From: the human T2T-CHM13v2.0 reference genome, Homo sapiens
Assembly: GCF_009914755.1 (NCBI RefSeq)
Contig: NC_060926.1
Reading direction: 5' to 3' (one strand)
Length of the DNA stretch: 64,000 bases
Below the pieces are notes generated by a model. It saw only the letters and a program-made list of their open reading frames with translations, did not search any database and was not told the DNA's origin. This document shows, piece after piece, positions 13,681 through 27,736 of the stretch (position 1 is the stretch's first letter; every line of letters starts with the position of its first letter). The position numbers were made by a program, and so were the translations under genes.

Positions 13681-13839
13681 AATACTTAATGCAAGTGGGG
13701 CTTAAAAACCTGGATGATGGGTTGATGGGTGCAGCAAAACACCATGGCACATGTATAGCTATGTAACAAACCTGCACATTCTACACATGTATCCTGGATC
13801 TTAAAGTAAAATTAAAAGAAAAAGAAAAAGAAAAAAAAA
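13681..13839 (+). mobile_element. Short L1PA7/8-like 3' end
   Basis: ggggcttaaaaacctggatgatgggttgatgggtgcagcaa...tgtaacaaacctgcac plus A tail; aaagaca on both sides as a likely TSD. Confidence 0.88.
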
Positions 13840-16270
13840 GACACAAAGATTGAGCTTCAGTCTATAAATCTCTCCACTTGAGAATTAACCTTTATAAAAG
13901 ATAAGCTTCTTGTTAGTGGCTTCCTTCTTCTGCCAAATACCAAAAGACTCACTACTAAGTCAATGCACTTTATCTTTCCAAATTAAATCCTCCTGTAGCG
14001 AGCCTGATAAAGATGATGTAAGTAGTTGGCAAAACATGATTTTATCTTCACTTTTTAACTTACATTTTATTGAATTGAATGCTCTTCATCTTCTTATTTT
14101 ATTTTTGGCTTTAAGAATCATGGTTTTAAGTTCATTAACCACCATTATTAAACTAAAGTATATGTAAATGAAAACGGATTTTCCTCTGAGAGAGCATACT
14201 TTTTTATGCATAAAAAGAATGCTTTTCATTTTCAAAGAAAAAGTACTATTTGCTATTCAGATACATTTTAGATAATTTAAAGGTATCTGCCCTACTTTCT
14301 GTGGGCCAGAAATCTGCTTACATTCTTCATGTTATTGGAAAGAGCTGGTATGAAAAGGCAGTGGAATAGAAAACTGCGGTGTAATGAGGACAAAGATGGG
14401 GGGAAGAGAGGAAATTTAGAGACTAGGAATTTTCCTGACTGTCAATCAATGACATTCCCAAGAAACACCCATTCCATTAAAATGATCTGCAACAAGTGAT
14501 ATAATATGGTTAATTAATTGTCACTAATTACATTAGGGCATTATGAATTGTCTAATTTAAAACAAGGAAAGCTTCCAGAGACAGATTATTTCATGACTGA
14601 AAGCTAACCCAGAACCACCACACATATTAAAGGACCAGACATTCTGTAGTCTATGGCAAAACACATGTCTTCTGGTATGAAGGGTGCACATGTGATTCTT
14701 GGGAGGAAGGCCCTTAAACCAGGCTATGACTTACCAAGAGCAGAGTCTATTATACAGGACCCAGCCTTCTAGGCAATGTTATGAGTCATTACTCTTTAGA
14801 ACTTACTGAGGTGAGATGGATTTCCCAATTTAATTACTTGACTAGCAGGTTGGTGTGATTACTACAGTCGATCTTTGAAACAGGGGTACCAAAGCCAGGT
14901 AAACCCGGGGAGGAGACATTTACCTGGACCCTAAGTAGGAGACCAGTAGGCAAGTTGGCACTATTTTGGCTCCTGCAGGCAGGTGAGTCTACCCCAATAT
15001 TGGGTGAGCCAAGAAACAAGGCCTTAGGCTACACAGCAAATTTGAATTTCCCCATAGCATGCCTGACCAACGACATACTTGTTACCCCTTCCCTTTGTCC
15101 TTTCTTCTCTAATGCCATTTCACTATTCTCTTGACCATTTTATTTCATTTCATTTTTTTGCTCTGAAATATATGTTTCACTTGCAGTTTTTGCTTTAGCT
15201 TCTTGTTAACTGTATTTGGTCAATTGTTTGATGCAAGACTCTTGGTTGTGAGATGTCCCCCTTCGTGTTGATTCTGGGATGCCAATCGCGTTGTTCAGCG
15301 GCACCAACTTGGTCTTTGGGGTTCACTGGTGGCTGTGAGATTTTCAGCATTTGGTGTGGTGACCCTTGTTAACCGATACCAAGGTACTCTGGGTTTTTGC
15401 ATTTGGTATTGTAGGCTGCCGCATGGATGCTCTGGGGTTTTGGGTAATAAAATTCCCTCCAGGATTGTGAGATTAGAGCCCCAGCCTAGGGAATCTTGGT
15501 CTTGCCTTTTCTTGTTTTCTACCTTAAAGTTATTTTCTGTAACAGCATTTTATTTTCATATTGCCACTTTATTTATACTTTTCTTTCTACACTTTGCTTA
15601 ATAAAAATAGTTATTTTTGTCATATTTTGTTCACTGGCAAATACTTATAATTCATTTGCATAACACGTTGCTAGCTATAGATATACCTTCTCTGCAGGAA
15701 GTGAAAATCTAAAATGGAAAAATAACAATAGCCCAATTGCTTTCCCTCTCGCTAGACTTAGAAACACTTCTGTGTCCAGTAGAAATCATTGTTAGTCCTG
15801 AGGAGCATCCCATTGGACTTGCCATTAGGGTGTCTTTTAGGCTATTGGAAAAAATTCTATTATAAATATTATAAATAGCAAATGTTATTTTATAATTAGA
15901 TTTGTTCATAAATAAAGAAGGAAAACGGGAAGAGATCCCTTACATACAGGCTTTTATGGCCCTTTACTGACTCATGTTTCTTCCAGGGACCAGAAAGCCA
16001 CACTTAGGGGATCTTCTCCTAGCCGCTCTCTGTAGAAGACTAATGGCCTCTCCAGAGCCTCCTCAGTATCCTAATTGTGAGGGGCACTCCTGCCAGTTCT
16101 CTAATGCAGGAGTCCACTCCATGATAATAGGTCACACCCCTCTCCCTTATCCAAGTAGCCTCAGCCTATATCCCCTGCTCCCTGAGAAAGTAAGCCCAAC
16201 CGTACCATCAGAAGTAGAGCTACGTATCAGCTTTTGAAGTTTAACCTATGTCCATTGTGGGAAATAGCTG

Positions 16271-16935
16271 ATGGAAATGGGGAAACCCTTAGAGTGCATC
16301 TGCTATTTTCTATCTGATTTGGCTTTATACAAGGAGAAATTTGGCTGGATTAAAAAAGATCCAGAAAAGTTTATCGAAAAAATGGTTTTGTTGACCATTT
16401 TGTTTAATTTAATTTGTCATGACTTGCAAGTATTGATGTCCACTTGCTTTGCCACAGAAAAAAATGGGGAGGAAAAAGTCTGTGGTTAAGCCAGCCAATT
16501 GTGACAAAGTTAGAGATGTAACTCAGGGAAGAGGTGAAAATCCTGCTCTGTTTCAGGATTGTTTGGTTGACCAAAACTCCCCAGAGGGGCAAGTGTTCCA
16601 TGTATGCATTTTATTATTCAATCTGCCCCTGTTATTAGGAGAAAACTGCAAAAGGAGGATATGGGACATCAAAACCCTGTGAGCAAACTCTTAACACATG
16701 GCCTTTAAGGTTCATAACAATAAGTACAAATGAGGTAAGAAAACCCAAAAGAAGCAGCCAAAAAGTGCAATTGTTAACAATTGCTTTAAGTCCCCTACCC
16801 TCTCAGGGTTACCCATCTCAAGAAAGTGTCACAAGATTGGCTTTTGGGTATCCCAGTTGAGAGCCCGCAACTTGCCGGTCCCTGGGCCAAATCAGTGTGC
16901 CTGCTATAAGCAAAAAGGCCATTGTCAATGAGAAT
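16271..16935 (+). pseudogene. gag: Degraded ERV1 gag (capsid and nucleocapsid)
   Basis: Frames give LSDLALYKEKFGWIKKDPEKFIE, KPANCDKVRDVTQGRGENPALFQDCL (major homology region-like) and NQCACYKQKGH (zinc-knuckle relic), broken by frameshifts and stops. Confidence 0.8.
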
Positions 16936-18586
16936 ATTTTACACATCCCCGTTGAGAGAGGAAAAGATTCCTCATCAATACTAGAGCTAATCTTATTCCA
17001 CTATCCCCAGTGAGCTGACTTGCTCAGGTAAATTTACTAGGGGTCTTGGACCCTTGACCTGACAGATAGCTTCCCGCAGTGGCAGACAAGCAGCTACCCA
17101 AACATTTTCTTCAGTGTCTCTACTGATGGGTGAGCTCTCTGTTGGCTCAGGGACTGAAAGGGCTCCCCTTTAGCAATGCAGTTTGCCCCCTCCCTTCCTT
17201 ATTTACTGATATGGGATCCTTTTCCCTCACTCTTCCTGCCTTTCATACCTATTGGGCCAAACAGAATTTGGCCAGGTAGACAGGTCCCATTTTTGTCAAT
17301 AAGTTTGCTCTGGCTGTCTTATATAGGTCACTTCATTTGTGTAATGTGTTTTGGGTCTAGCATGCTATTAAATTGGCTTATAAATTAAAAAGTGCTCATA
17401 TATTAAAGAAATAAGGCTAGCCTAAACTTGTTAGTTTGAAGGAAATTTGTGTCTTCTAACATTTAAATTTAAGATTTTTGCCTAGGTAAACCAGTGATGT
17501 TTTCAGCCTTCAAAATAGTTAACATGGCTTTAAATAGTGAGTTTTTCCGTGGTTTTTAAATCTTAAAATTGTAAAATGGTTCTCATAAAAAATGCCAATG
17601 TCTAATAGGCAATTCAGGATTTCCTGCTTCCTAGGTTTATGTACAATGTGCCAAAGAAGATATATTTTTTACTGGGAAAAAAAGTTTGTCTAACTTGGAA
17701 GTTACTAAAAGTGAGGTTCAAAATATAAAGAAACCAATGAGTAGAAAAGAGAGCTGTGAGGAGCGTTACAGGTGGCAGGTGTATTTTTTGAGGGGAGGGA
17801 TATTAAAAGAGATTTATTTTGTATGAGGAGGGATTTTGTGTGGTGGATTGTTGTCCTAGAATAAAGTGACTGGTCATTTGGGAGGGAGGTGGTGTAGGAC
17901 AGGTCCTTGAGTCTAGACATGTCATGGATGGTCATTATGGGTCATAATGAAGTTTGTGAAAGGGGAATTTGTGACGGGGAATTTTATGTATGATTACGCT
18001 GGCTGCGGTTGAAGGGATGCTGTTTGTGGTAGACTTTCTGCAGAATGGGCTATATATTTTAACTAGGCTTCTTTAAGGTATTGATTTATTAAATTAGGGG
18101 AAATTTTGCTTCTAATACAATAACTAGTGTCTTTTAAAACTTCTCAGATTTATGTCTCAGAGGTTCAACTATTGTGTCTTGCTGCTTTCAGCTCTTTCTC
18201 CCTTTAACAAAGCCTGGGATGATGGCTGACCCTTTTAGCTGTTTCATTAGCTCCTCTGATTATTTCCCCTCCAGGCCTGCCTATTGTTGCAGCCTGACGC
18301 TAAAGTGTATTGTCTTGGAGGCCTATGGGAGCAGGGCCTTCCCTAAAGATAGCGTAATTCTATGCTCTTGGTTTTTCTTAATATACAAGCTTATTTTTGT
18401 CTTTAGTTTTTGACTCTAATATTGCTTCAAAATATATTAAGGGCTAATGTGCGCCTACCCACCCCCATTCCCACGTGGCCTAGAATGTTTAATTTGCTAT
18501 AAGTCTTTTGACTCTAAGTCCTTAGGCCAAAGGAAATACCAAAAAAACTTAGAAAACGAATACAAGCAATGATGGAAAACAAGGAA

Positions 18587-19440
18587 TTATATATATATTT
18601 TATATATATACATATACACATATATATTTTATATACACAAATATATATTTTTATATACAAATATATATTTTTATATATACATATGAACATATATGTTTTA
18701 TATATATACATATATATCATATATACATATATTTTATATATATACATATATAATATATATGTATATATGATATATACGTATATATTTTTTACATATATAC
18801 GTATATATATTTTATATATATACGTATATATTATATAGACGTATATATATTTTATATATACGTATATATTATATAGACGTATATATATTTTATATATATA
18901 CGTCTATATAATATATACGTATATATTTTATATATATTATATATACATATATATTTTATATATATACGTATATATTATATATACATATATATTTTATATA
19001 TACAATATATACATATATATTTTATATATACATATATTATATATACATATATATTTTATATATACATATATTATATATACATATATATTTTATATATACA
19101 TATATTATATATACATATATATTTTATATATACATATATTATATATACATATATATTTTATATATACATATATATTATATATACATATATATTTTATATA
19201 TACATATATATTATATATACATATATTTTATATATACACATATCTTTTATATATACACATATATTTTATATATACACATATATATTATATGTACACATAT
19301 ATTTTATATATACACATATATATTATATGTACACATATATTTTATATATACACAGATATATTATATATACACTTATATTTTATATATACATATATATATT
19401 TTATATATATACGTATATATGTGTGTGTGTATATATATAT
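18587..19440. repeat. ~850-bp TA-rich microsatellite/minisatellite with a ~34-bp higher-order unit
   Basis: Repeated atatatattttatatatacatatattatatatac and variants. Confidence 0.97.
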
Positions 19441-19580
19441 TTACCTAATTCTGCGCCTCCTATGTTGAAATTTAGGCCATGTTCAAAAGGCCTTTCAAAG
19501 TGATGAAGAAAGAGTATTGTCCTTTTCCAGAAAGGAAAAAAAAAAACTGTGTTGTTAAAACAAAAAACTTAGTCTTACTA

Positions 19581-19925
<345 letters not shown>

Positions 19926-20049
19926 TCAATTACCGATAAAATGGAAGGGTCCCTTTTAGGTATTGTTAAGTACATCCATTGCTGTTGAACTTCACAGAGT
20001 TACTAGATGGTTATACTTGTCCAGATTTAAGTATTTCTTATACGTACCC

Positions 20050-20642
20050 TGTATTAATTTGTTCTCATGCTTCTCATAAAGACATACCTGAGAATGAGTC
20101 ACTTATAAAGGAAAGAGGTTTAATTGACTCACAGTTCAGCATAGCTGGAGAGGCCTCAGGAAACTTACAGTCATGGTGGAAGGGGAAGCAAGCACGCCCT
20201 CCTTTACATGGTGGCAGGAGAGAGAAAAATGAGAGCCAAGTGAATGGGGAAGCCCCTTATGAAATCATCGGGTCTCGTGAGAACTTATAATCACGGGAAC
20301 AGGAAGGGAGAAACTGCTTCTGTGATTATATTTTCTCCACCTGGTCCATCCCACAACACATGGGGATTAAGGAAACTATAATTCAAGATGAGATTTGAGC
20401 GGGGACACAGCCAAACCAGATCATTCTGCTCCTGGCCCCTCTCAAATCTTATGTCCTTAAAATTTAAAACACAATCATTCCCTTCCAACAGAATTCTTAA
20501 CTCATTTCAGCATTAACTCAAAAGTCCAAGTCCAAAGTCTCATCTCAGAGAAGGCAAGTCCCTTCCACCTATGAGTCTGTAAAACCAAAAGTAAGTTAGT
20601 TACTTCTTAGATACAATGTGGGTACAGGCATTGGGTAAATAC
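20050..20642 (-). mobile_element. THE1 LTR (20050-20423) plus ~220 bp of adjacent internal sequence
   Basis: Reverse THE1 LTR ending ggggacacagccaaaccagatca, followed by the PPT-side internal sequence ttctgctcctggcccctctcaaatc. Confidence 0.9.
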
Positions 20643-22765
20643 GTGGCAGAAGGGAAGCAAACACATTCTTCTTCATATGGCAGCAGGAAGGAGAAGTGCC
20701 GCCCCAAATGGGGAAAAGCCCCTTATAAAACCATCAGATCTCTTGAGAACTCACTCACTATCACAAAAACTGTAGCCTGGAGGTAACTGTCCCCATAATT
20801 CAATTATGTCCCACAGAGTTCCTCCCACATGTGGAGATTGTGGGAACTATAATTCAAGATGACATTTGGGTAGAGGCCAGCAAAATTATATCATTTTGCC
20901 CCAGCCCCTCCCAAATCTCATGTCCTCACATATCAAAACACAATAATGCCTTCCCAGCATACCCCAATTTCTTAACTCATTTCAGCATTAACCCGTAAGT
21001 CTAAGTCCAAAGTCTCACCTGAGACAAGGTACGTTACCTCCCCCTATCATCCTGTAAAATCAAAAGCAAGTTAGTTACTTCCTAGTTACAATGGGGGTAT
21101 AGGTATTGGGTAAATTAATCCATTCCAAATGAGAGAAATTGGCCAAAACAAAGGGCTACAGTCCTCATGCAAGTCCAAAATTCAATAAGGCAGTCATTAA
21201 ACCTTATTATTCCAAAATGATCTCCTTTAACTTTATGTCTCACATCCAGGTCACACTAATGCAAGAGGTGGGCTCCTACAGCCTTGGGCAGCTCCACCTC
21301 TGTGTCTTTTCAGGTTACAGACTTCCTCTCGGCTGCTTTCATGGGCTGGCATTGAGTATCTGTAACTTTTTCAGGCACACAGCACAAGCTGTCAGTAGAT
21401 ATACCATTTTGGATTCTGAAGGACGGTGGCCCTCTTCTCACAGCTCTCCTTGGCAGTGTCCCAGTGGAGACTCTGTGTGGGGGATCAAACCCACATTTCC
21501 TTTCTGCACTGCCCTAGCAGAGGTTCCCCATGAAGGCTTTACTCCTGCAACACACCTCTGCCTAGACATCCAGGCATGTCCATACATTCTCTTAAATCTA
21601 GGCGGAGGTTTCCAAACCTCAATTTTTGTCTTCTGTGCACCTTCAGGACCAATACCACATGGAAGCTGCCAAGACTTGGGGCTTGCACCCTCTGAAGCCA
21701 TGGTCTGAGCTGTACCTTGTCCCTTTTTAGCCATGGCTGGAGTGGCTGGGACACAGGGCATCAAGTCCTGAGGCTTCACACAGCAGGGGGACACTGGACC
21801 CAGCCCACTAAACCATTTTTTCCACCTAGGCCTGTGAGGTTATGAAGTGAGGGCCTGCCACAAAGGTCTCTGACATGCCCTGGAGACATTTTCCCCATTG
21901 TCCTTGCAACTAGCATTTGGCTCCTTGTTACTTATGCAAATTTATGCTACTGGATTAAATTTCTCCCCAGAAAAATGAGGTTTTCTTTTCTACTGCATTT
22001 TCACGATGCAAATTTTTTCAAAATTTTATGCTCTGCTTCCTCTGGAACTCTTTGCTGCTTAGAAATGTCTTCTGCCAGATACCCTAAATCATCCTCTCAA
22101 GTTCAAAGTTTCATAAATCTCTAGGGTAGGAGCAAAATTCTGCCAGTCTCTTTGCATATCAAGAGTGACCTTTACTCCAGTTCCCAACAAGTTCCTCATC
22201 TCCATCTGAGACTACCTCAGCCTGGCCTTCATTGTACATATCACTATCAACATTTTGGTCAAAGCCATTCAACAAGTCTCTAGGAAGTCTCTAGGAAGTT
22301 CAACAGCCTCTGCCTGTTACCCAGTTCCAAAGTTGCTTCCACATTTTCAGGTATCTTTACAGCAGTGCCCACTGCCCAGTACTAATTTACTGTATTACTC
22401 CATTCTCACATTGCTAATAAAAACATACCCAAGACTGGGCAATTTGTAAAGGAAAGAGGTTAAATTGACTCACCATTCAGCCTGGCTTGGGAGGCCTCAG
22501 GAAACATACAATCATGGTGGAAGTGGAAGCAAACATGTCCTTTTTTACATGGCAGCAGGAAAGAGAAGTGCTGAGCAAAAGGGGAAAAGCCCCTTATACA
22601 ACCATCAGATCTCATGAGAACTCACTCACTATCACTAGAAAAGCATGGGGGTAACTGCCTCTATGATTTAATTACCTCCCCCAAGGTCCTTTCCATCACA
22701 AATGGGGATTGTGGGAACTAGAATTTAAGATGAGATTTGAATGGGGACACAGCCAAACCATATCA
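20643..22765 (-). mobile_element. THE1D-like MaLR: partial LTR (20643-20893), internal (20894-22390), LTR (22391-22765)
   Basis: Minus ORF 21438-21794 (GQGTAQTMASEGASPKSWQLP...EVWKPPPRFKRMYG) is the MaLR internal ORF; LTR termini tgtatt...ccatatca. Confidence 0.92.
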
Positions 22766-23191
22766 TCCTCATAGACATAAGGGGAGGACACCATGACCTA
22801 CACTTGTGAACTGTGAAAGACCTAAAACTATTAATTTACAAACGCATAGATAAGTAACATCTATGGGCATGGGAACATTAATTTTTATCTTTCTTCTAAT
22901 TGTAATTTCCTTGTTTATTTAATCTCTTAGTAAAGTTTACATCTTCTGGTTTCCACATAAAGACAATGCTGGCACAAGGATTCCAGCCTCTTCCGTCTTC
23001 TGACCTAGAGAATAAAAATATCCTCCCATTGGGCTCCTTATATCAGGTATCTAGAGACTTTTATTTCTCCAATGCTAGGCAAGGTTTACACCCATAAAAT
23101 CAGCAGGAAGCCCTTACAAAAGATGGACCTCCATGCTTCTGCAACCCCCTTAAGATTAAGGAGGAATATCTAATCTCTGAGGGGGGGGGAA

Positions 23192-23680
23192 TGAAGCAGG
23201 ACTTGTTTTCTGGTCAAAACATTGCTGACGAGAACATGATCTGGTCCAGACAGCATAAAGTAAAAAAAACTAGCAGGAACCAGCAGAAGGTAACAAAAAT
23301 GATCCCTAGCTGCTCTCATTGCTCATTAGCATAAGACACTTTCACCATCACTACTACAGTTTCTAAACCTCATGGCAGTGACCCAGAGGTTTCCACTCTT
23401 TTTCATGGGAATGACCTGGAAGTTACCACCCCTTTCCTAAAAAGTTTAAAATGACCAGATCCTTAAGTTATATTCAATTTGAAAGTGGGGATAAGTGGTT
23501 ATAAATACAGGTGACAAGAGCCCATACATAGCTGGCTCTGGGCACATTGCCTATGAGTTCTCCCTGTTCAATAAAAGAGTGCTATCTGACATCACTAGCT
23601 GACCCTTGAAATTTTTCCTGGGCAAAGCCAAGAACCTTCCATGCTAAGCCTCAGTTTTGGAGCTGGCCTGTCCTGCATCA
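23192..23680 (+). mobile_element. ERV1 3' LTR (MER66/MER41-related)
   Basis: TG...CA termini, preceded by a PPT; tataaata and aataaa inside; ends gccaagaacc...ctgtcctgcatca. Confidence 0.82.
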
Positions 23681-23870
23681 CTTTTGACTTTGCAGGACAT
23701 AAGTTTTCTGTTTCAATTAAAACTGGTGCTGTTGTCTGAAATCAGCCATTGACATTACGTAAAAAAAATTAGCATTGCTATGTTCCCATTAAGCTTTATC
23801 TATGTACACAGAAGTTTGAATTTCACTTTCTTTTTATGTAGCACAAAATATTATTCTTTCTCTCTCTTTT
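23681..23870 (-). mobile_element. MER58B-like hAT-Charlie fragment cut by the ERV LTR
   Basis: cagccattgacattacgtaa...gttcccattaagctttat...tttgaatttca...aaaatattattcttt. Confidence 0.6.
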
Positions 23871-24715
23871 TCATTTTATATCAAGATATATCAATAAAAT
23901 AAGGTGGGGTTTTAATACGATGTTTCAATTGAGGTATCCACAAGCCACCAAGTTCCACTGTATAAGAAATTTCAAAATCAGATCTTAAACATAAGGTAGA
24001 AATTGTAAAATACATTTCCATATTATCAATCTTCTCATTAATTATTCAAGTAGAACCTGACTAGGGAAAGAGAGAAAATGTGTACACAGTTTTCTTTGGA
24101 GGAAGCTGTTGCCACAGTGTGTGGTGTGAGAGGCTGCCATCTCCTCCTACTCAAGCTTAGGAGGGGCTTTCGAGAGACACTAAGAGACCTGAAAGGTATT
24201 TATAAGACATTCTAAATTGGTGCCCAATTAACACCTGAAGTTAGAGCTGCCTGTGGAAGCGGGATAGAGATGACTGTGCTAAGATTCACCACACTTCCAG
24301 AACCACAGGCTCCAGGATGCTCATATGTTTCCTGGGCTCATATGTAAGCCAATTGGAATAGAGAGCAGGCATAGAGTCATAATAGGTCCTGCCCAGCCAC
24401 TGAGGAGGGTTTAGAAAACCTCAAGACAAGAATTTGAGGATGAAGGCCTATGCCAAGGAAGAAGAGGGATCTGAAATAAAGATGCATTTCCTCAGTATAA
24501 AGGAAACTGCTGGAGAAAACTAAAAAAAAAAGAAAATTTTCAAAGAACCCACAGATTTGCCACACAAATATCAATTCTAATCATGTGTATACCTAGAGCC
24601 ATCCAGCCAAATAAAACAAGTTCCACTGTATTATTTCCCTTTCTCTACCACGTTACAAATATGCAATACTAAATAACAGCTATGGAGTAGGAGAGACGTT
24701 GAGGAGACAGACAGA

Positions 24716-24755
24716 TGGAGAGAGAGAGAGAGAGAGGAAGAGAGAGAGAGAGAGA
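24716..24755. repeat. (GA)n microsatellite
   Basis: Interrupted GA run. Confidence 0.9.
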
Positions 24756-26889
24756 GGATCACTTCCTGTGAAGGCAGACTTCAGGCAAGCACAAGCTATA
24801 GGTAAAAGGGGGTGGAGTTTTATTCTGAAATTATTATTTGAAGGAAACATTCATTTACTTCAAATATTTGTTAGAAATATTAAAAACTGAGTGGTTTTTT
24901 AAACAGGAAAAATGACTATATGATTATGCAGTTACTTAAGGATGAGCTTGAAAAACATGTATGGAATCTGCTTACATTTCTTTTTTGGAAGGAGAAAGAT
25001 TATCTACATGTAACACAATTTATAGTAACGATGGTAGATAAAGTTGTGTTTTGTTATATTGTATGAGTCATATTTGACATAACTATTACAGAAGGCAGGA
25101 AGAAAGTATAGGAATGGAAAAATGAGGAGAAGAATGAAAGGAAAGCATACAGAGGAATTTTCTTATTTTTTTTTATTATACATGGATTTACACTGAGGAC
25201 CAGAGGATTGACTTGTCCAGAGGTTCAGAATGTATCTAAAAGATCTATTCTATAGTCTACATTTCTCCATTCAGTTCCATATATATTGTATCCAGGATAG
25301 AACACACATCCCCTTATTCCCTTCTCCTATTATAATCCGATTTAGAATAATAATATTTAAAGGAACCTAGAGATAAATGTATGGGAATTTGGACTTTCAT
25401 TTTTTCTTTCCAATTTGCCCTGTTCCTCATAATTTTAAAACAATGCCAGTTGAAAATTCATCTGGGCGTCAATGAGCTATTAAATACAATCTAACTGTAT
25501 CAGAAACTAATTATTCCAGCTGGCAACAAACTCAAATGTACCAAATTAATAGCTTTGTTCTTCCCAGGATCTATAGTACATTAGCAACAATGAGCATGAT
25601 TATAAAAAATGTTGTTTGAGGGTATTGGAAAATTATCCCAATGAACACTGCTGTAATTATAATTATGAATTAAAATAATAGTAGTTCATCTGGGGAGTCA
25701 AAAGCTCTTTTCTGGTAATTTTTTATTATTGCAATCTGAGCTTAAAATTTTTCACCCTGAGCTGAAGCAGAGGGAAGAAAGGAACAGTTTATCAATAATA
25801 AACTAGGACGTAAAATATAAGAATACACAGAGTGGAAGAACCAAATATATAATTACCAATAGATAAATTTAGAGAAAGAGAGAGAGAGAGAAAGGACTCC
25901 ATATCTATAATCTATAGATTTAAATCAGCAGTAGATTGAGAAAGAAATCTGATGTGATAAATGAACTAATAGGTCAAAAACTACTGGTCATTCAAATATT
26001 ATTAAGGCACTATATTATCTTTTGTGCCAAGCTACGATACTATGCAAGTCAACAACAAAAAAAGATATAATGTTTTTACAACTAATCAACCTATAAGGAG
26101 AGTTAGAAAATATAAAACTCTATTGTTAAGGTCCTTAAGGAAATATTTGGTTCTGTAGAAAGCAAGTAAAATGCTGTAGGAAATTTCAGGATAATATGAA
26201 CTAATTAAAGAGATTACAGAAGGTTGGCATAGTCAGAGAGAGCTTTTCAAGGTGTTGTCTAATTTAAAGCACTTTTATAGTACAAGAGCAAAATACTTTG
26301 CTCAGTAATTATACTTGGGGATTCTATAGGATCTGACATGGCCACTATTCCATTTTCACCCCTAATCTCATAAGGAGCATGTAGTAAACCCATTGCACTG
26401 AATTTCACAAACACTACCCAGCCATTTATGTATGTGCACATATGCACATGCCTGTATGTAATATATATATAATATGATACAAAATGTATTACATATGATA
26501 TATATGTAGCATATACTGTATTTATTAATATCTATCTATGTGTTGATTAAAATTTCTACAAGTGACTGGATAGGGTGATTGAATCCAAGTAAGTTTTACT
26601 AGTATTTTGTGCCTACTGTTGCTACTGATAATTTAACTTACAAATTCTGCTTAACTCATTGTTGGAGCAGCACATAACAGGTTAATTCCCCCATCTTCTC
26701 CCCTGGAATTCATCTTAATGCCTAAGTTATCAAAAGATGTTAGATATCTTTTTTTTTTTCTGAATCCCTGCTTCTCCTAACCCACATGATATTGGGGTGA
26801 GGATAAATGAAAGAGCAGACACAGAAGGGCTTTATTACTTTGACACCTGCTATACACGTGTGCAAAAGAAATAGTGAAGAGCACATGCC

Positions 26890-27420
26890 AGACTCTGCCC
26901 CTCATAATAACTGAACATTCCTATGTGCCAGGCTTGTTCTCCCACATTAGATGGATTATTTCATTTATTCCTTAAAAGGCTATGGGGTTCTCATGATTAT
27001 TATGTTCACAGCATAGGAGAAGAAACTAGAGTGTTACAAACACTAAATACAAGAACAAGGATACACAGGAAACAGTGTCAGTGCCAGGCTTTGAGTGAAA
27101 GTGATTTGTTTTATGCTATGTCCTATGGTGGATACTTTGCAGATGCTGGGGACACAGATGTACGGAAATAGTGTTTCTCCTTTCTTGAGAAGGTCAGAAT
27201 TTACTAGGGGAGGCAGATATGTAAATAAACAATATAGAATAAACATAGAGTGATAGAAGCCCAGATAAATAAGAATTTAATTCTGGAGCGTTCTCAAAAA
27301 ATATTTTATGGGCAGACAACATTTTTTTGTGTGTGTCTTGGAAGAATTTTACCAAGGTGGAAAAAAAAAGGAAAGCATTTCCCAAAAAGAGAGAAGTAGA
27401 GTGAAGTTTCATAGGTAGGG
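26890..27420 (-). mobile_element. MIR and L2 relics
   Basis: actgaacattcctatgtgccaggc...ttatttcatttattc (MIR-like); gatgctggggacacag...ggggaggcagatatgtaaa (L2-like). Confidence 0.45.
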
Positions 27421-27736
27421 AGGAGCCAGATAAGCCTGTGAGTGGCAAACCTCCAGGCAGGTCAGAAAGAGGAGATGATACAAAGACAGGGTTTCTCTAC
27501 CTAAATTGTGGAAATTGAGCTTAGGAGAAAAGATTGGTCTTTTATTGTGATTGTCGTATTGCTTGCAATACATTTGTAGTACAATGTATTTGCTTCCAGA
27601 GGTGTTCAAGTTGGGGTAGTGAAACCAGATCATACTTTCAATGAATGCAGCAAGACGGAATCTTGACATCCTCACCAGCTATGTGAACTTGAGCCCAATG
27701 GTTGAGGAAAAAAATTATCAGTGTGCTGTGCATGAA

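Noticed and set aside
18514-18838. Tyr/Ile-rich ORFs
   Set aside because: Translation of the TA repeat.
18780-19400. Regularly spaced repeats suggestive of a CRISPR-like array
   Set aside because: No unique spacers, no cas genes, and primate genomic context; it is a tandem repeat.
21139-21708. Longest ORF in the track (189 aa)
   Set aside because: Antisense to the THE1 internal region; a repeat-derived open frame, not a host gene.
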